Notes: a model not told the origin generated them from the letters alone. DNA of 64,000 nt from Desulfatiglans sp. (GCA_012513605.1 JAAZBV010000037.1:29027-93026), one strand, 5' to 3'; shown: positions 17,721-27,818, counted from the first letter of the stretch. Program-made: numbers and translations.

Positions 17721-17885
17721 AAACTGTCGTTTTTGGATTTCCACCCTCCGTAGCAGAGCTACTGCGGAGGACGGGCAAGCAATCAGCATTCAACTTTCAG
17801 CAAAAGGCATTCAAAAGAAAGAGTTAGCTGAAAGCTGATCGCTGACTGCTGAAAGCTCCATCCAGAATTTGTCTCTTTCTGGATG
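17721..17885 (+). repeat. ~165-bp structured intergenic repeat, copy 1 (family B)
   Basis: Collinear with 51866..52030. Shared stretches: aaactgtcgtttttggatt, ctactgcgga, ggcaagc, cagcattca, aaaaggcattcaaaa, aaagagtt.gctga, ctgaaagc.ccatccaga, ctctttctggatg. Hairpins at both ends (atccaaaaac/gtttttggat and catccaga/tctggatg). Confidence 0.8.
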
Positions 17886-17893
17886 AACGCAAA

Positions 17894-18667
17894 TTAAGCC
17901 TGCACAGGAACCAGAATCTTATCCGGGCCATTCGGCTCCCCAGGGTAAACCTTTGAAAAGGGAACTGATGATACAGGCATGGAGTATGTCTTACCCGGCC
18001 TGTAATCTGTCTTTGCCACGGCCTGATATTCCAGCCTCTTTATTTTCCAAGCGCCGTTTAATGCATCCTTTATACATGAGATATGGCATGTCCCACCTTC
18101 CCACCACCTCATGACCCCTCCGCCCTGAAGACGCGCCATACTTACCAGAACCGAATCGGAAGCCAGAGGGGCGCCGATCTGCATGGAATATGAAAATTGT
18201 GCCTTTGCTGAACCACGATCACCTGATACCTGCACCTGATCCTGATCAGACTCACAGGCATTCTCAAACCCTGGCGCAGGTGAAATCCTTTTTCCTGTCA
18301 TACCTGACCTGAAGAGACCGCAATAAAGACGTCTTAGACCGGTCTCTTTTCCTGTATACACACCACTGTTAAAGATTACCTCGCCATCATTTGAAAAGAG
18401 TTCTACCAGGGTTTCATATGCACCCCTGTCCAGTAAAGATTCATAGGTGTGATAAAGGTCATGGACTGATTTTTCATCTTCAAAAATCCTGACCCTGTTA
18501 TTTAAACGCTCCATCTCTGATTCCATGCCCTTATCTTTTTTAAAGAGAGGCACTGCGACAGCCGGAACAGCAGTGGCCAGCAGTGCTGACACAGCAGCCC
18601 CAGCCTTCCAGATGAATGACCTGCGGCCGGCATTCGGCTGATCAATGGATTTTGATGTGGTATCCAT
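17894..18667 (-). CDS. Tat-signal NTF2/SnoaL-like protein, small partner of cassette B
   Basis: ATG 18667 lies 1 nt after the large gene's TAA, with AAAGGAG upstream. MDTTSKSIDQPNAGRRSFIWKAGAAVSALLATAVPAVA is a Tat signal. Collinear with the cassette A small protein. Confidence 0.7.
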   Translation of the reverse strand: MDTTSKSIDQPNAGRRSFIWKAGAAVSALLATAVPAVAVPLFKKDKGMESEMERLNNRVRIFEDEKSVHDLYHTYESLLDRGAYETLVELFSNDGEVIFNSGVYTGKETGLRRLYCGLFRSGMTGKRISPAPGFENACESDQDQVQVSGDRGSAKAQFSYSMQIGAPLASDSVLVSMARLQGGGVMRWWEGGTCHISCIKDALNGAWKIKRLEYQAVAKTDYRPGKTYSMPVSSVPFSKVYPGEPNGPDKILVPVQA

Positions 18668-18668
18668 A

Positions 18669-20480
18669 TTATGCTCCTTTCCTTTTTGCGTTAGGTCCAA
18701 AATACTCTTTGACTTTATATTGCCCGAGGTCACGCGCAATAGCGCCGATTACGCCCAGGTTGATCCCGTCTCTGCCGCCGTGAAAGCCAAACCCATCCGC
18801 ATGCATGGTCTTATTATTTTCAATAATACATGTCTCAGCGCCATTACATGCCTCTTCAACAAGGTCAAATATGTATACCCCGTCCCTGAGTTTCACATAA
18901 ATGGCAGGCGCACACCACTGTATACCTAGTGTCTGGTCCTGCATGTAGATTGTCCATGCCGAGGAATGGGGGGTGGTATAAAGATGCATTGAGGTCATAT
19001 TGTCAGAATATGTCCTTGTAAATCCGCAGCCTACCAGCTCATCCGTAAACTCATGGCGCATGTATTTTGCAGACTGGACGCCTTCCATCTCTGCAACACC
19101 AAAGAATGCCTCATATACGACTTCATCACCGTAATAGGGAGAGCCGACCTTTGAATAAATGCATGTAGTAAGGCCGTTTGTAAGATCGAGGGCGATCTTT
19201 ACGCTTGTTGGCACTTTAATCCCGGTAAGCATATGTGCAAAGAAGAGCAGATTTTCATCAGCCTCAAATGCCCTGTAGGTCTCCTTCTGCCATTTTGAAT
19301 CACCCTCATTTTTCCATTCAAGGTTATAGGCGTCTGATACCCTGTAATTGAAAACAGGGCCGCGGTCAAACCGGAGAGTAAACTCTTTTCCTTTGAGAAG
19401 GTCACTGTATGGAAGTGTGTTGCCTCCCATCATGCCGGCCTGGGCCTGTGGGGTGTCTGGGTTATCTGTAAAGGTCACAGTCTTTGTTTCAGCAATCTTG
19501 TTTATCTCGTCCTGTGAGATATATTTAAGATTTCTGGCTGGGCGGTAAATAATCCTATCGCCGCCTTTGGGCACTTTTGGTGCAGGCTGATCAGCAGCGC
19601 CGGGTTTAGGAGCCCCAAAGCCCATATTTATCTTTTCACCGTGTTCATCAAATGGCTGAAGGGCTGTAAGGTGACCCACAACCTTGCCTTTGCCTCTGAA
19701 CATATAATATTCCAGCTCGTCTCTTTCATTAAAGCCAAGCCTCATACCTATCTGTGTTTCCGTGAACAGGTCAACAGCATACATGGTCAGTATGCCAGAA
19801 AATTCACACTCGGTTCTGTCATAGATAAACATGTTATCATTAACAAGTATATAATCTGATGTTGCACAATAGCTCAAATCATCCACATGCCTTGTCAGCT
19901 CAACAAAGTTCGTGGTGCATACAGAGGCATAAAATTCAAGGGTTTCAATGCCTGTATCCTGTTTCCAGTGCATGCCCTTACCCTGTATCCTGTTTGTAAG
20001 TCGATGTAGTTTTTCCGGTGCGGCTTTGCCAGTCACATCTACATAACCGTAAAATATCTGGCGCACTGCCTCCCTGTCATCCAGTACTATTTCGCCGCCC
20101 ATGCCTCCCTGCTTTATTCCGCTTGAAAGAGAGACATCAAATACCGTAACAAGATTGGTATCAAGGTCGTAAAACACATTATAACCCCTCTGTTCATTCG
20201 GGATCATATGAGAGAATAAAACCATCTGCTTGAGTGTAAGCGCACCATAACCGGTCTTAATCTTTTTTCCGCCGTTTTCAGAGATGATAAGCTCCTTTTT
20301 ATCCCTGAAACTGTACTCAAGGACAGGGCCATCCTTTGTAATAATCTTTAAGGACTTGCCCGAAAGAATGTCTGAAAATTCAGAAACGCATTTGGGCCCG
20401 GTTTCAGCAGCCTTGAGTTTTTTACCTATTTCATCCTTTGTCAGTTTTGTATACTTGAAACGGTGCATTGGTATGTTCAT
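18669..20480 (-). CDS. 603-aa signal-less four-repeat lipocalin/MoaF/PAD-like protein, large partner of cassette B
   Basis: First 16 residues are identical to the cassette A large protein (MNIPMHRFKYTKLTKD) and it is collinear throughout. AGGAGGAG RBS. Only 43 nt downstream of the GPH transporter stop. Confidence 0.6.
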   Translation of the reverse strand: MNIPMHRFKYTKLTKDEIGKKLKAAETGPKCVSEFSDILSGKSLKIITKDGPVLEYSFRDKKELIISENGGKKIKTGYGALTLKQMVLFSHMIPNEQRGYNVFYDLDTNLVTVFDVSLSSGIKQGGMGGEIVLDDREAVRQIFYGYVDVTGKAAPEKLHRLTNRIQGKGMHWKQDTGIETLEFYASVCTTNFVELTRHVDDLSYCATSDYILVNDNMFIYDRTECEFSGILTMYAVDLFTETQIGMRLGFNERDELEYYMFRGKGKVVGHLTALQPFDEHGEKINMGFGAPKPGAADQPAPKVPKGGDRIIYRPARNLKYISQDEINKIAETKTVTFTDNPDTPQAQAGMMGGNTLPYSDLLKGKEFTLRFDRGPVFNYRVSDAYNLEWKNEGDSKWQKETYRAFEADENLLFFAHMLTGIKVPTSVKIALDLTNGLTTCIYSKVGSPYYGDEVVYEAFFGVAEMEGVQSAKYMRHEFTDELVGCGFTRTYSDNMTSMHLYTTPHSSAWTIYMQDQTLGIQWCAPAIYVKLRDGVYIFDLVEEACNGAETCIIENNKTMHADGFGFHGGRDGINLGVIGAIARDLGQYKVKEYFGPNAKRKGA

Positions 20481-20523
20481 TTTCTCTCCTCCTGATAAAT
20501 GTTATAGTACTAATCCCTGATTA

Positions 20524-21951
20524 TTAAGCCTCTGCCCTTCGTTTTGAAAGGTCTTCTTCTATCTTGAGCATAACACTGCTTTTTAATGGATAGAATAACA
20601 TCACGAGCCCGCCAAGAACCCCAAAGATAGCAGGGTAAAAGCTCATTACCATTCTAATGCCAAATATTGATTCGCTTGACTGTGCGACATTTGCCACAAA
20701 CCCGTAATAACCTAATATCCCGTTTACAAAGCTGCCGCCAAAGGCAAGACCCAGTTTCAGGGCAAACAATGATGCAGCCATTATAAGCCCGGTTGATCTT
20801 CTTCCGAATTTCCATTCGCCATAATCGGCAGTGTCTGTGTAGATTGCCCACTGAAGCACAGAGACCACCCCCATAAGGAATGAAACTGCAATATTAAGCC
20901 CGAAAATCATTAGTACATTATGGGGCTGCACATAATAAAAGGCGCATGAGATCACAGCGCTGGCGATAAGCGCACCGGTATAGGCATTCTTTTTGTCCAG
21001 TGTTTTTGCAAATGACTGTGCCATAAGCGCACCCACAAGGGTTGAAGCGCTGCCAACAGATGCAAACCATTCGGTAAAAGAGCTGATTGAAAGATTTACA
21101 TTGAAGATTTCCTGTTCAAGCACATAATACTTAAAATAGTAAGGGGTAGATGTCCCGCGCATTACCGCATACAGAAGCTGAAAAACAGTTGCAATGGCTA
21201 TTATCACCCAGGGTGTGTTCTTAAAGAGGTATTCTAAATCCTTGATCGAATTTTTCTGCTGTGATTTGGGAGGCTGCACCCTCTCCTTTGTAGAAAAATA
21301 GGTGAACACAAAAAGAATGATAGCAAGCACTCCAAAGGCCACCATTGCCCAGGTCCAGCCGATCTGCTCGTTACCCTGTCCGAAATGGCCGACAAGGGTC
21401 AGGGTAAATTTTGAAACTATAAGCTGCCCTATAAATGCGATAACAAATCTGTATTGTGATGCGCTTGTACGCTCCTGCGAGTTGGGAGTCATAACCCCCA
21501 TAAGGGCAGAATAAGGGACGTTTACCGCTGTATAAAGCATCATCAGGAAGGTATAGGTTATATAGGCATAAATGATTTTACCGATGTTCCCCAGATCAGG
21601 TGTAAAGAATGTCACAACCCCGCATATAGCGAGGACAGGGGCAAGAAGAATGATATAGGGACGAAACTTTCCCCACCGGGATTCTGTCCTGTCGGCGATC
21701 ATGCCCATTATAGGGTCATTAATCGCATCCCAGATCCTGGTGACAAGAAACATCCAGAACACTGCGCTGGGGGATATGCCGAATACATCTGTGTAAAAAT
21801 ATGAGATGTAGAGCATAAACATCTGGAAATAGAGATTGGAGGCCGCATCACCAAGGCCGTATCCTATCTTTTCTTTTGCGGGTAATCTTCTGGATGATTC
21901 TCCATTTGTGGAATAACTGACGTCTGGGGTTCTAGCTTCAGAATTAGTCAT
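20524..21951 (-). CDS. Glycoside-pentoside-hexuronide (GPH):cation symporter, MFS superfamily
   Basis: GYGLGDAASNLYFQMFMLYISYFYTDVFGISPSAVFWMFLVTRIWDAINDPIMGMIADRTESRWGKFRPYIL is the canonical MelB/XynT/YicJ N-terminal signature. 12 hydrophobic segments. Confidence 0.9.
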   Translation of the reverse strand: MTNSEARTPDVSYSTNGESSRRLPAKEKIGYGLGDAASNLYFQMFMLYISYFYTDVFGISPSAVFWMFLVTRIWDAINDPIMGMIADRTESRWGKFRPYIILLAPVLAICGVVTFFTPDLGNIGKIIYAYITYTFLMMLYTAVNVPYSALMGVMTPNSQERTSASQYRFVIAFIGQLIVSKFTLTLVGHFGQGNEQIGWTWAMVAFGVLAIILFVFTYFSTKERVQPPKSQQKNSIKDLEYLFKNTPWVIIAIATVFQLLYAVMRGTSTPYYFKYYVLEQEIFNVNLSISSFTEWFASVGSASTLVGALMAQSFAKTLDKKNAYTGALIASAVISCAFYYVQPHNVLMIFGLNIAVSFLMGVVSVLQWAIYTDTADYGEWKFGRRSTGLIMAASLFALKLGLAFGGSFVNGILGYYGFVANVAQSSESIFGIRMVMSFYPAIFGVLGGLVMLFYPLKSSVMLKIEEDLSKRRAEA

Positions 21952-22229
21952 ATGTCACCTGATTTTGTAGTTTTTGGATACGATATAAGAGATATCGTTC
22001 AATTTGATCACGGGAGTATAGAGTAAATAAAAAGGCATGTCAAACAAAGTATCGCATACTCGTTAATAACCTTTTTTATACCGGGTTACCTTCATTTTTT
22101 TAATAGGAAGAGGGCTGAGTAAACAAATTGGTTAAAAAATTTTATATCCATTTTCCGGGGGTTACCCCTGCGCCTCTTGTCCCGCCGTAGTTTGAAAGTT
22201 TTTAACGAAGGCGGATGCGCCCTTAGCCC

Positions 22230-25200
22230 TTAGCCCTTCGCCTCTCTCAACAAATACTTCTCATATGCCGCCCTTACCCTCTTAATACATTCATCAAGCC
22301 TTTGAAGCAGCTTTTCTCCGTCAGCTTCAATGCCAAGCATCTTTTTTGCAAGGGTGTTTATCTCGCTCTTTTCAGCAGGGATGGTATGGGTCTGTCTGTC
22401 TTCAAGTATCTGCAGATAGTGTTCTATCCTTCTTAAGAATATGTAGTCATCCTTAATTATATTCGCAGCCTTATCATCAAAAATGGCTGCCTCTGTCAAT
22501 GATTTAATAGCAAGCAGGGTATTGCTTTCTGTCTCAAGTCTCTTTTCACAACCATATATAAGCTGAAGCCCCTGTACCATAAACTCCACATCCCTGATCC
22601 CTCCGCTACCGGACTTCACATCTATCCCTGCATTGAGCCCCTGAGAGCTGTTTTTTACTGCCTTTTTTCTCAGCCTCTCTATCTCATTAACAACCATTCC
22701 CCTTTTCCATGGTTTCATGATAAAGGGTTTAAGGCTGGAGAGGAACTCATATCCCAGCGTAATATTACCCGCAACCGGCCTCATCTTGAGGGCTGCCTGT
22801 TTCTCCCAGAATGATGCAGAACTTCGGTAATACTCTATAATGGATGGTATTGACTGGACAATCTCTCCTGAGCTTCCAAATGGTCTGAGCCTCAAGTCCA
22901 CCCTGTATGCATACCCCTCTTCTGTATGAGATGAAAGAGATGCCCTGATATCCTCAAGTATCTTCCCTGCTATCTCCCTGCGTCCGTTTCCGGCCTCGCC
23001 ATCAGGTTTAAAAACACCTATCAGATCAATATCAGAGCTGTAATTGAGTTCATTTCCTCCCAGCTTTCCAAAGGCCATAACACAGAAATAATCAAGGGGC
23101 GATGCCTCATGGGGCTCATAATCCTCTATCCTGCATTTGACAGACTGCTCAAGAACAACCTGTGTGCATGCCTCTGCAAGAATAGATAGCTCATGCATTA
23201 TTATCCTGCTCGATACGCCCATGTAAATGTCTCTTGTGCCTATCCTTAATATCTCACGCCGCCTGAACCTCCTGAGTTTGTTGAGCCAGTCCCTCTCTTC
23301 GCGGCAGCTATCAGCCGCCTTCCTGAGCTCATGTTCAAGGTCTTCCCTTTTCCTGATGGAGTTGAGAAGCTCAGGGTTCATGAGCCAGTCAAAAAAACCC
23401 GGGTATCTTATAAGGGTATCAGACAAAAACTGGCTGTTAGAAAAGATTGCCAGAAGCATCTCAAGATGCATCGGTTGAGACAAAAGAACATTGTAATGAA
23501 ACTCAGGGCTGGCAAGAGAACGTATATATCGTTCCCAGTTATTAAGGGCCATATCAGGATCAGGTGTTCTTTTTATAATGTCCCATGCAAGTATGGCAAG
23601 CCTTCCGAATATCTCCCTTCGGCTTCCACCCTCACCCGCAAGCCCCTGAAGGTTTACATAGGCCCGGGCCGGTTCCTTAATCCCGCTTTCAGATAAGATA
23701 CGGCCCCTGATCTCAGGAGACATGGTGTCAGATAGAATAACATCAGCTATTGTCCCTGTGTCATGCCTTGGGAGAGAATCGAGCCCGAAATATTTTTCAG
23801 CAAATACCCTTACTGCTGCCATATGGGTTTCAAGGTCTATATAGAGCTGCTGTGCCGGGGTTATAGCGCCGCCATATCTGTATCCCATCCTCCTTGCAAG
23901 GTGTTCAAATTCAGGGGTCTCTGTCTCAGGCAGGAAAAGATCAAGGGCAGAACCTCTAAGCATCCTGAGTCCGTTTATGAGTTCACGCATGAACCTGTAT
24001 GCCTCAGTAAGCCTGTCATGCACTTCATAGTTCATGAACCCGTTATCCTTGAGGGCATTAAGGGCATTATGAATGCTGTATGTTCGAATATCCTTCGAAC
24101 TCTTCCCGTACATGACCTGTAAGGTCTGCACCCCGTATTCAAGATCAACAAGCCCACCAGGGCTGAACTTTGCATTGAGCTTGCCCATTGCAGCCTTTTC
24201 CTTTATCTGCCTCTCTCTGAGTTCTCTTATCTCCTCAAAATCTATTCTGTTTGAGAAATAAACCACCTCATCGCGTATACGCTCTATGCGGCCTCCAAAC
24301 TCCCTGTCGCCGCCTATGCACCGCATTCTCACAAGTGAGAGCATCTCAAATGAATGTGCTTGACCTCCTGTGCCGTAATACTGGCAGTAACTCTCCATGC
24401 TGACCGCAAGAGGGCCTGATTTACCATGGGGTCTAAGCCTTAGATCAATCTGAAATATGCCCTCTCGCTTTGCCTCAATAAAATGGAAAATACCCCTGAC
24501 CATGAGTTCAAAAAACTCGGTATTTGTAATATTTTTTTCACCATCGGTTCTGCCCCTGTCGCTGTAAATAAAAAGGATCTCAAGGTCTGATGCATACCCT
24601 ATGGCCTCCCCTCCCAGCTTGCCAAGGCCCATAATGGCATATCTCGCCTCCAGGCCGGAATCGGTCTTTGGGATACCGTACTGCCTGACAAGATCCTCAT
24701 ACACAATATCAGCGGTCCTGTTTATAACAAGCTCTGCCAGTGCTGTAAGTTTTCTTGAAAGGAACCTGAAATCCAGGTCAGGGTTAAGGATATGGTCAAG
24801 ATCAATACGAAATATCTCCTGATCCTTGAACCAGTTTAAGACCCTCTTTTTTGACTCAAAATCCACAGCCTCATCAATTGCCTTATCAAGCCTCTCAGAT
24901 AGATTTTCTGTTGATTTGCTGATCATTGTCTTCTTTTCTACGTTGTCGAATACGGTCAGAAGTGATTCGTACTGAAGCCTGATAAAATCCTCCCACAAAA
25001 AATCGCTTGCGCCCAGGAGCCTTGCAAGGTCCTTAAGGTTTCTCCCGTCAGTAAGGTGCCTGAACCACTCTTCCCTGAATGGCTGTTTGACGATATCCTT
25101 TATAATAAATTCAAAACGTGAAAGTGCCGCATATGGGTCAGGGGCCTTTGCAAGAAAATAGGTAAACTGCTTTGTAAGCAGCACAGAGAACTTGATCCTC

Positions 25201-26018
25201 TCGATTGCATCCCTGTCTTCAATCTTACCTCCGCCCGCGTCTGTAAGGTCAAGACTGTCTTCAACCCTACCGTGAAAGGTGCGTATCCTCACATGCTCAA
25301 TCTGAATGCTGTTAAGCGCGAGGGCATTTGAAAGGGCATACATAAATGCTGGCGTATCCTGTGAAACAACCTTAAGACGTGTGAACGGGCCTGACTCATT
25401 ATCAACTGCAAGCTCCACAGGATAGAGTACAGGCTCTGCCCCCCTGTCCATGCGTGCAAGGTGACGAACAACCATCTCATTGACCCTGTTTTTTGCATTC
25501 ATTATTGCTTCTTCCGCCCCGTTTTCCAGCATGGATATTATGGACATGAGTCGGTCATTAAACTCCTGCGACCAGGCCTCAAAGGAAACAGATCTGGTAA
25601 GGTATCCGGAAAAGAAGTCTACAATCATCCTCCTGTCATGCTGATCAGGCAGGATAAAAAACCTTTCTTTGTGCGACCTTCTTTTTTTTATTTCCATTTC
25701 CTTACGTTCATAGGTGTAGACATCGCCTGACACTATATTAAAACCGGTCCCGGACAAAAGACCAGCTATCAATGAAAACTCAGAGGGGTAATCAAAAGCA
25801 GTTACAGTGCATTCAATATTGTCATCACGTGTTTTCACAATACTGGTCTGTACAGGGTTTGATTTCTTAAGGCTTGAAATAAGCCTGATATGGGAAATGA
25901 CATCAGCTGTAATGAATTTTTTATAATAATCATCACCGAGACGATCAAGATGCTCTTTAATTATCTTTTCATCAACCCCGGGGAGTTCTTTTAAAATATA
26001 ATCAAGTTCTGGTTTCAT
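22230..26018 (-). CDS. glnE: Glutamine synthetase adenylyltransferase/adenylyl-removing enzyme with long N-terminal ACT-like extension
   Basis: Two nucleotidyltransferase cores (GLGKLGGEAIGYASDLEILFIY / FQIDLRLRPHG and AFGKLGGNELNYSSDIDLIGVF / YRVDLRLRPFG). 1262 aa, about 300 more than classical GlnE. Confidence 0.9.
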   Translation of the reverse strand: MKPELDYILKELPGVDEKIIKEHLDRLGDDYYKKFITADVISHIRLISSLKKSNPVQTSIVKTRDDNIECTVTAFDYPSEFSLIAGLLSGTGFNIVSGDVYTYERKEMEIKKRRSHKERFFILPDQHDRRMIVDFFSGYLTRSVSFEAWSQEFNDRLMSIISMLENGAEEAIMNAKNRVNEMVVRHLARMDRGAEPVLYPVELAVDNESGPFTRLKVVSQDTPAFMYALSNALALNSIQIEHVRIRTFHGRVEDSLDLTDAGGGKIEDRDAIERIKFSVLLTKQFTYFLAKAPDPYAALSRFEFIIKDIVKQPFREEWFRHLTDGRNLKDLARLLGASDFLWEDFIRLQYESLLTVFDNVEKKTMISKSTENLSERLDKAIDEAVDFESKKRVLNWFKDQEIFRIDLDHILNPDLDFRFLSRKLTALAELVINRTADIVYEDLVRQYGIPKTDSGLEARYAIMGLGKLGGEAIGYASDLEILFIYSDRGRTDGEKNITNTEFFELMVRGIFHFIEAKREGIFQIDLRLRPHGKSGPLAVSMESYCQYYGTGGQAHSFEMLSLVRMRCIGGDREFGGRIERIRDEVVYFSNRIDFEEIRELRERQIKEKAAMGKLNAKFSPGGLVDLEYGVQTLQVMYGKSSKDIRTYSIHNALNALKDNGFMNYEVHDRLTEAYRFMRELINGLRMLRGSALDLFLPETETPEFEHLARRMGYRYGGAITPAQQLYIDLETHMAAVRVFAEKYFGLDSLPRHDTGTIADVILSDTMSPEIRGRILSESGIKEPARAYVNLQGLAGEGGSRREIFGRLAILAWDIIKRTPDPDMALNNWERYIRSLASPEFHYNVLLSQPMHLEMLLAIFSNSQFLSDTLIRYPGFFDWLMNPELLNSIRKREDLEHELRKAADSCREERDWLNKLRRFRRREILRIGTRDIYMGVSSRIIMHELSILAEACTQVVLEQSVKCRIEDYEPHEASPLDYFCVMAFGKLGGNELNYSSDIDLIGVFKPDGEAGNGRREIAGKILEDIRASLSSHTEEGYAYRVDLRLRPFGSSGEIVQSIPSIIEYYRSSASFWEKQAALKMRPVAGNITLGYEFLSSLKPFIMKPWKRGMVVNEIERLRKKAVKNSSQGLNAGIDVKSGSGGIRDVEFMVQGLQLIYGCEKRLETESNTLLAIKSLTEAAIFDDKAANIIKDDYIFLRRIEHYLQILEDRQTHTIPAEKSEINTLAKKMLGIEADGEKLLQRLDECIKRVRAAYEKYLLREAKG

Positions 26019-26150
26019 GATGTCCTTTAAAAACAGGGTTCAAGGGGTCTAGGTTTCCGGGGGTCAAGTGTTTTTATCTCTTTCACTCGACCCCTTGAAC
26101 CCTGGACCCCTGTCTTTTACATATACCACAGTTCTTTTATTCAGCGAAAA

Positions 26151-26185
26151 GAAAATAAAAAACCCCCGAAGGATATCTTCGGGGG
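26151..26185 (-). terminator. Rho-independent terminator of glnA
   Basis: The minus strand reads cccccgaag-atatc-cttcggggg followed by tttttttatttt, about 100 nt downstream of the glnA stop. Confidence 0.75.
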
Positions 26186-26284
26186 TTTCATTATTTTATT
26201 AATAAGAGAAAATCAGGTTGTATAACCAACCTGTTCAACGATATTTTTAAGCATATTCATTTTGCCTGAAAATATCGTTTTAAT

Positions 26285-27709
26285 TTAGATATCATAATAC
26301 ATTACATATTCCCACGGATGGGGCCTTAAGTCAGTGGCCTCAACCTCTTTCACCATCTTGTAATTGATCCATGTTTCTATAACATCAGGGGTAAACACAT
26401 CACCCTTAAGCAGATATGCATGATCGTTTGCAAGACTGTTTAATGCCTCCCTCAGTGAGCCAGGGGTCTTTGGAACCTTTGCGAGCTCTTCAGGTTCCAT
26501 ATCATAGATATCCCTGTCAAGCGGCTGGCCCGGATCAATCTTGTTCTGAATACCATCAATAGCAGCCATAAGTATGGCAGAAAAGGCCAGGTATGGGTTT
26601 GCGCTCGGATCAGGACAGCGGAATTCTATTCTCTTTGCCTTTGGTGATGTTGAATAGAGCGGGATCCTTATAGAGGCGCTCCTGTTCCTTCTTGAATATG
26701 CCAGGTTAACAGGTGCCTCATAACCCGGTACGAGTCTCTTGTAACTGTTGGTTGTCGGGTTTGTAATAGCACACAGGCTCGCTGCATGCTTTAAGATACC
26801 GCCAATAGCATACATAGCCATCTCTGAAAGACCCGCATATCCGTCACCGAAAAAAAGATTCTGATCACCTTTCCAGAGTGATACGTGAACATGCATACCT
26901 GAGCCATTATCACCAAAAAGCGGTTTAGGCATAAAGGTTACGGTCCTGTTATTCATCTTGGCAGTATTTTTTATGACGTACTTAAATTTTAAAAGGTTGT
27001 CAGCCATCTGAACAAGTGGGGCAAACCTCATATCGATCTCACACTGCCCGCCTGTTGCAACCTCATGGTGCTGCGCCTCAACAGTGAGACCAACCTTCTG
27101 CATGGTAAGAACCATGTCACTTCTCAAGTCCTGCAAGCTGTCAGTCGGCGGCACAGGAAAATATCCCTCTTTATAACGCACCTTATAGCCAAGGTTAGGG
27201 TTTTCCACCCTCCCTGTATTCCAGGCACCCTCAACAGAATCAATATGATAATAACCTTCATACTGATTTTGGTCAAAACGCACATCATCAAAGATAAAAA
27301 ATTCCGCTTCAGGACCGAAAAATGCAACATCAGCAATCCCAAGGGTCTTGAGATAATTCTCAGCCTTTCTTGCTATATTGCGAGGGTCTCTAGTGTAATC
27401 TTCACCTGTAACAGGGTCGCAGATATTGCATATCATCACAAGTGTCTTTGTCTTGAAAAAGGGGTCAATAAAGGCAGATTCTGCAACCGGTTTTATAAGC
27501 ATATCAGACTCATTAATCGCCTGCCATCCCCTGATGCTTGAGCCGTCAAAACCCATACCAGCTACAAAGGTATCCTCGTCAAACTGGCTGACAGGGTATG
27601 AACAATGCTGCCACATGCCGGGAAAGTCCATGAACCTGAGGTCAACCATCTCAACCTTTTCATCTTTTATTAGTTTTAGTACATCCTTTGGTGTTTTTAT
27701 TTCCGCCAT
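26285..27709 (-). CDS. glnA: Glutamine synthetase type I
   Basis: 474 aa with a canonical GSI sequence. [22 protein letters not shown] contains the adenylylatable Tyr (E. coli NLYDLPPEE equivalent), consistent with the adjacent glnE. Confidence 0.95.
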   Translation of the reverse strand: MAEIKTPKDVLKLIKDEKVEMVDLRFMDFPGMWQHCSYPVSQFDEDTFVAGMGFDGSSIRGWQAINESDMLIKPVAESAFIDPFFKTKTLVMICNICDPVTGEDYTRDPRNIARKAENYLKTLGIADVAFFGPEAEFFIFDDVRFDQNQYEGYYHIDSVEGAWNTGRVENPNLGYKVRYKEGYFPVPPTDSLQDLRSDMVLTMQKVGLTVEAQHHEVATGGQCEIDMRFAPLVQMADNLLKFKYVIKNTAKMNNRTVTFMPKPLFGDNGSGMHVHVSLWKGDQNLFFGDGYAGLSEMAMYAIGGILKHAASLCAITNPTTNSYKRLVPGYEAPVNLAYSRRNRSASIRIPLYSTSPKAKRIEFRCPDPSANPYLAFSAILMAAIDGIQNKIDPGQPLDRDIYDMEPEELAKVPKTPGSLREALNSLANDHAYLLKGDVFTPDVIETWINYKMVKEVEATDLRPHPWEYVMYYDI

Positions 27710-27803
27710 GCTATCCTCCTGAAAATAAGGTAATGTAAATTTTATATGTTTAAAATAATATCTTTTTTCAAATCACATCTAATAGACTTGTCATTATATA
27801 AAA

Positions 27804-27818
27804 GCAATTGCTGTGCCA
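27804..27818 (-). promoter_or_regulatory. Sigma-54 promoter of glnA (TGGCAC-N5-TTGCT)
   Basis: The reverse complement of gcaattgctgtgcca is TGGCACagcaaTTGC(t), a perfect -24/-12 consensus about 95 nt upstream of the glnA ATG. Confidence 0.75.
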
